Assembly: GCA_041654355.1 (NCBI GenBank) | Contig: JBAZDQ010000007.1 | Location: 3,258-67,257 of the forward strand | Direction of reading: 5' to 3' | Length of the DNA stretch: 64,000 nt | From: Bacteroidales bacterium | GTDB taxonomy: Bacteria > Bacteroidota > Bacteroidia > Bacteroidales > UBA932 | Shown here: piece by piece, positions 60,219-64,000 of the stretch | Numbering within the stretch: the stretch's first letter is position 1 | Layout of the letters: each line of letters starts with the position of its first letter | Program-made: the position numbers and the translations under genes | The notes under the pieces: generated by a model | Databases searched by the model: none | What the model was told of the DNA's origin: nothing | Seen by the model: only the letters and a program-made list of their open reading frames with translations

Positions 60219-62453
60219 ATGAAAAAAATCATTATTGCGGGTTTGCTGCTGGCCCCTGTCTTTACAACAGCACAAGAAGTAAGAAATCTGGATTCTATTG
60301 TCATTGTGGCTACCCAGGCTGCCAAAGATTCACCTGTAGCACACCGGGAAGTTACGAAAGAAGATCTGGTGCGTACCGCGCCTGCACAAAACCTTCCCTT
60401 TGCTTTGGCCATGACGCCGGGTGCCGTAGTGGTGGGTGAAAACGGGACGGGAAGCGGCTACGCTTATTTACGAATTCGCGGATCCGAAGGCTCGCGTATC
60501 CAGGTAAATTTGAACGGGATCACACTGAACAATTCCGAATCCCAGGAAGTTTTCTGGGTCAATCTGCCTTCCTTGAGCGGATTTCTGGAAAACGTACAAG
60601 TGCAACGCGGGATAGGGACTTCCGTAAACGGTAGCGGGGCTTTTGGAGCCACCGTAAATATGCGCACCTTGTATTCACGTCCAAATCCCTATGCCGGTGC
60701 GGAACTGGCATACGGTTCGTTCAATACTTGGAATATGTCTATTGGTGCAGGGACCGGGATAGGGACCAAAGAATCTTTTCTGCCTAACGGGATGGGTCTG
60801 GACATACGCTATTCGCATAATTTGACGGACGGCTACATCCGTAACGGGAAAGGTAACCTGCAGTCACTCTTTACAAGGTTGTCATTCATTCGTCCTGAGT
60901 ATTCCATAAAAGCCTATTACATTTACGGTGATCAGCACACCGGTATCACCTGGGAAGGCATATCACGTGAAATGCTGGAAACCGACAGGACCTACAACCC
61001 GGCCGGCGAATATACCGACCAACAGGGAAACACAAAATATTATCCTAACGAAACCGACAATTACACGGAACACCACGTTCAGTTGAATTATTCCCACAAC
61101 ATCACGCAGCGCCTTTCCGTCAGCAATACGTTTCATATGACAAAAGGAGACGGGTATTACGAAAATTACAAAGAAAAAAGTGCAGGGGATTACATCGTGC
61201 GCCGTTCCATGGACAACATTTATGCAGCTCTAAGTTCGGTAGCCCGCTTGGAAATTCCGGAAGTTCCACGCAATGTATCGAACCGAAAATCCGAGATCCT
61301 CCTGGGTCTTAATTATGCATACTACAGCGGGTATCACTACGGATTGATGACTTATAAGCTGGAACAGCCGGATTTTGCCGATGCTCAGGAATATTACAGG
61401 AATCTGGGCAATAAAAATGATTTCAGTACATTCTTGAAGGGGACTTTTGATGTACCGCTGGGTCCGAATCCCGATAATGTGCTAAAATTTTTCGGGGATA
61501 TGCAATACCGGTACGTAAACATGATGATGGAAGGGCCGGATAACGACGGGGCACTCCTGGATCACAAATCATCTTATCATTTTTTCAATCCCAAAGCAGG
61601 AGTAACTGCCGTGATACTAAAAGACCACCAGTTGTATGTGTCTGTTTATACCGGAAGCCGGGAACCTTCCAGAAGCGATATAAAGGAATCCATAAAAGCC
61701 GGGAAAACAACAGACGTTAAGTCCGAGCGCCTCTATGATATGGAAGGGGGTTACCGCCTCATAAGACAATCTTTCATGCTGGGTGTGAATTTCTATGCTA
61801 TGGAATATCGCAACCAACTGGTCCCGACAGGTAAGAAAAGCGATACCGGTTACGAGATCAAGGAAAATGTTCCCGTATCTTACCGCCGGGGGGTGGAACT
61901 GGAAGCCGGCTGGAACCCTTTCCCGCAATTGCGTATGGAAGGGAATGCCTGTCTTAGCCGTAACAAGATCAGGGACCTGACCATCTATTTGGACACGTAC
62001 GACAACCCGGACAACTGGAATCCGGTTACGCCCCAACTGACCGAACATTACGAATTGACAGATCTGGTATATTCACCTTCCGTTACGGCAGCAGCGTTGG
62101 TTGCCGTTAAACCGTTTGTCGCCGGACATTCCCTGTTCCAGCATCTGGAAGCGGCCTTTACGGCTCGTTTTGTGGGTAAGCAATATTTTGACAATACATC
62201 CAATCCCGACCGCATATTGCCGGCTTACCAACACCTGGGGTTAACCATATCTCAACCCTTTACAACAAGAAAAGCAGGTACGTTTACCGTCAGTCTTTTT
62301 GCTGACAACCTATTGAACCAAAAATATTGTGCCAGTGCCTGGGCTTACAGGGCTGCCTTTCGCGAGACCGGAACTATTGAAGTGATGGAAGGCTTCTATC
62401 CCCAGGCCGGGATCAATGCCATGATCAAAATTGCCTGGGAATGGGGGAACTAA
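60219..62453 (+). CDS. TonB-dependent outer-membrane receptor, riboswitch-controlled (putative thiamine/precursor uptake)
   Basis: Signal peptide, plug domain (LDSIVIVATQA, RIRGSEGSRIQVNLNG), a beta-barrel, and a C-terminal aromatic-rich end. A TPP riboswitch lies directly upstream. Confidence 0.85.
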   Translation: MKKIIIAGLLLAPVFTTAQEVRNLDSIVIVATQAAKDSPVAHREVTKEDLVRTAPAQNLPFALAMTPGAVVVGENGTGSGYAYLRIRGSEGSRIQVNLNGITLNNSESQEVFWVNLPSLSGFLENVQVQRGIGTSVNGSGAFGATVNMRTLYSRPNPYAGAELAYGSFNTWNMSIGAGTGIGTKESFLPNGMGLDIRYSHNLTDGYIRNGKGNLQSLFTRLSFIRPEYSIKAYYIYGDQHTGITWEGISREMLETDRTYNPAGEYTDQQGNTKYYPNETDNYTEHHVQLNYSHNITQRLSVSNTFHMTKGDGYYENYKEKSAGDYIVRRSMDNIYAALSSVARLEIPEVPRNVSNRKSEILLGLNYAYYSGYHYGLMTYKLEQPDFADAQEYYRNLGNKNDFSTFLKGTFDVPLGPNPDNVLKFFGDMQYRYVNMMMEGPDNDGALLDHKSSYHFFNPKAGVTAVILKDHQLYVSVYTGSREPSRSDIKESIKAGKTTDVKSERLYDMEGGYRLIRQSFMLGVNFYAMEYRNQLVPTGKKSDTGYEIKENVPVSYRRGVELEAGWNPFPQLRMEGNACLSRNKIRDLTIYLDTYDNPDNWNPVTPQLTEHYELTDLVYSPSVTAAALVAVKPFVAGHSLFQHLEAAFTARFVGKQYFDNTSNPDRILPAYQHLGLTISQPFTTRKAGTFTVSLFADNLLNQKYCASAWAYRAAFRETGTIEVMEGFYPQAGINAMIKIAWEWGN

Positions 62454-63031
62454 TCCTGGAAATATTCGGGACCGTTACAGGTCTGCTTTATGTCTGGCTG
62501 GAGATCAAACACCGCCGCTCCATGTGGATCGTGGGCATTGTCATGTCTGTGTGCTACATTGCAGTGTTTGGGGTAGAAGCGTTGTATGCATCCATGGGAT
62601 TGTATGTGTATTACTTGGGAATGAGCCTGTACGGCTGGTTCAAATGGGGCAAAAAAACGCAGCAACCGGTACCCGGGCAGGAACTAAAACCTGGACCCAA
62701 CCCGGCACTCAAACCGGTACATATAAACACTTCCACGGCCTGGCTGACTGCGGGACTTACAATAATGGTCTTTGGAGGAGTCTGGGCCGTTCTCCGTTTC
62801 CTGACAGATCATCCGGCCCCTGCCATGGATGCCGCCATAACCACACTCAATATGGTAGCCACCTGGTTGCTGACAAGAAGCATTGTGGAACAATGGCTGC
62901 TGCTTATAGTGGCTAACATACTGGCAATCATACTTTACGCGCATACCGGCCTGTGGTTTACGACCGGATTGTATACGGTCTATCTGGTTGCATCTGTCAT
63001 TGGGTATATAAGCTGGCGAAGAAAAATTTAG
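62441..63031 (+). CDS. PnuC-family transporter (thiamine-type PnuT candidate)
   Basis: 196 aa with ~7 TM helices and PnuC-like motifs (GTVTGLLYVWLEIK, WLLLIVANILAI). It overlaps the receptor gene by 13 nt. Confidence 0.8.
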   Translation: MGELILEIFGTVTGLLYVWLEIKHRRSMWIVGIVMSVCYIAVFGVEALYASMGLYVYYLGMSLYGWFKWGKKTQQPVPGQELKPGPNPALKPVHINTSTAWLTAGLTIMVFGGVWAVLRFLTDHPAPAMDAAITTLNMVATWLLTRSIVEQWLLLIVANILAIILYAHTGLWFTTGLYTVYLVASVIGYISWRRKI

Positions 63032-63054
63032 TATCTTTACCGAAATATACTTAA

Positions 63055-64000
63055 ATGAAAACAATTCTTATTTCAAACGTCCTTTTGTACAAGGAACGGA
63101 TAGACGTCCTGATAGAAGGGAATAAGATAAAAAGTGTAGAACCGGCAGGAACCTTTCCCAAACAGGGCTTTGACCGCATGATTGACGGTTCGCAGAAAGC
63201 GATTATTCCCGGTTTCGTGAATGCACACGCACACTCAGCCATGACATTGTTTCGCGGAGTAGGTGAAGACGTACCCCTGGACCAATGGCTCAGGGAACGT
63301 ATCTGGCCTTACGAGGCGAAACTTGACGAGGAAATGATCTATTGGGGTGCCAAACTGGCCTGTGTGGAAATGATCCGTACCGGCACCACCACGTTCAACG
63401 ATATGTACTGGCATCTGAACGGAACAAAACGCGCTGCCGAGGAAATGGGCATGCGCTCCGTTCAATCGTTTACCTGGCTGGACAATTTTGACAATGACAC
63501 CATAGAGCAGAACAAGAAAATGATGCGGGAAGCCCACCGGGCAAGTGCCCAATGGAGCCCGCTGACCACCTTTGCCATAAGCCCCCACGCCATCTACACC
63601 GTGGCCGAAAGATCTTTCCGTTATATTAACAGTTATGCAAAAGACAACGGTATTCTGGTGCATACGCACCTTGCCGAGACAAGGTCAGAAATGGACCAGG
63701 CCGAGCGCGATTTTGGCATGAGTCCCACCGAATACCTGAATAAATTGGGCATGCTCAATCCTTTGCTCATCGCCGCACATTCCCTCTGGCTGAGCAGCGA
63801 CGATATCAAACTGCTGGGCGACAATGGGGTCAATACCGTCCACAATCCCAATTCCAATTTAAAACTCGCCTCGGGTTACAAATTCAAATACAACGAATTA
63901 CGGGATGCCGGTGCCAATGTGTGCCTGGGAACGGACGGTTGTGCATCTTCGAACAACCTGGACATGATAGACAGCATGAAAGCTGCCGCATTGCTCCAAA
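63055..64000 (+). CDS. Amidohydrolase (MtaD/SAH-deaminase/chlorohydrolase-like), 3' partial
   Basis: My own translation from the ATG at 63055 gives MKTILISNVLLY...IPGFVNAHAHSAM (HxH metal motif), VHTHLAETRSE and CLGTDGCASSNNLD. The frame stays open to the window end, so it is not in the ORF track. Confidence 0.85.
   Translation, partial: MKTILISNVLLYKERIDVLIEGNKIKSVEPAGTFPKQGFDRMIDGSQKAIIPGFVNAHAHSAMTLFRGVGEDVPLDQWLRERIWPYEAKLDEEMIYWGAKLACVEMIRTGTTTFNDMYWHLNGTKRAAEEMGMRSVQSFTWLDNFDNDTIEQNKKMMREAHRASAQWSPLTTFAISPHAIYTVAERSFRYINSYAKDNGILVHTHLAETRSEMDQAERDFGMSPTEYLNKLGMLNPLLIAAHSLWLSSDDIKLLGDNGVNTVHNPNSNLKLASGYKFKYNELRDAGANVCLGTDGCASSNNLDMIDSMKAAALLQ

Overview
This window looks like a chromosomal segment from a Bacteroidota (Bacteroidales-like) genome. 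The evidence is SusC/SusD genes, many lipoprotein signal peptides, a type III glutamine synthetase, ECF-sigma/DUF4252 modules, and repeated exact matches to the Bacteroides -7 promoter box TAnnTTTG 20-30 nt upstream of start codons.

Gene content by region:
- 1-23 kb: a large starch/maltodextrin utilisation locus. It holds divergent GH77 malQ, a LytS/LytTR two-component pair, an MFS sugar importer, SusC, SusD, a SusE-like gene, an expanded SusF-like gene, a SusG-like amylase and three further GH13 enzymes.
- 23-26 kb: housekeeping genes (radical SAM, dtd, deoC, tRNA-Leu).
- 26-32 kb: a visibly more AT-rich accessory stretch. It carries a TPR-transmembrane-HTH regulator, two small secreted beta-rich proteins flanking a radical-SAM/SPASM-like enzyme with an N-terminal extension, and an ECF sigma/DUF4252 operon.
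- 32-56 kb: core metabolism and information genes. These are purD, a c-type cytochrome peroxidase with its own CcsA/ResB pair, an FkbM methyltransferase, tRNA-Cys, an exonuclease-GAF fusion, purM-like, glnN, an aminotransferase, nusB-yajC-coaE, rimO, fabG and a REC-REC-PPDK_N protein.
- 56.3-57.3 kb: a non-coding array of 12 near-identical stem-loops at a fixed 53-bp spacing, in two sequence families. It abuts RNase P RNA (rnpB, minus strand).
- 57.7-64 kb: pyrG, glutaminyl cyclase, a TPP riboswitch controlling a TonB-dependent receptor plus a PnuC-family transporter, and a partial amidohydrolase.

I saw no transposase, integrase, CRISPR array or rRNA.

The strongest leads for follow-up are the hairpin array, the radical-SAM cluster, and a LytTR-type direct repeat in front of the starch locus. 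All functional calls are motif-level recognition by eye; no searches were run.
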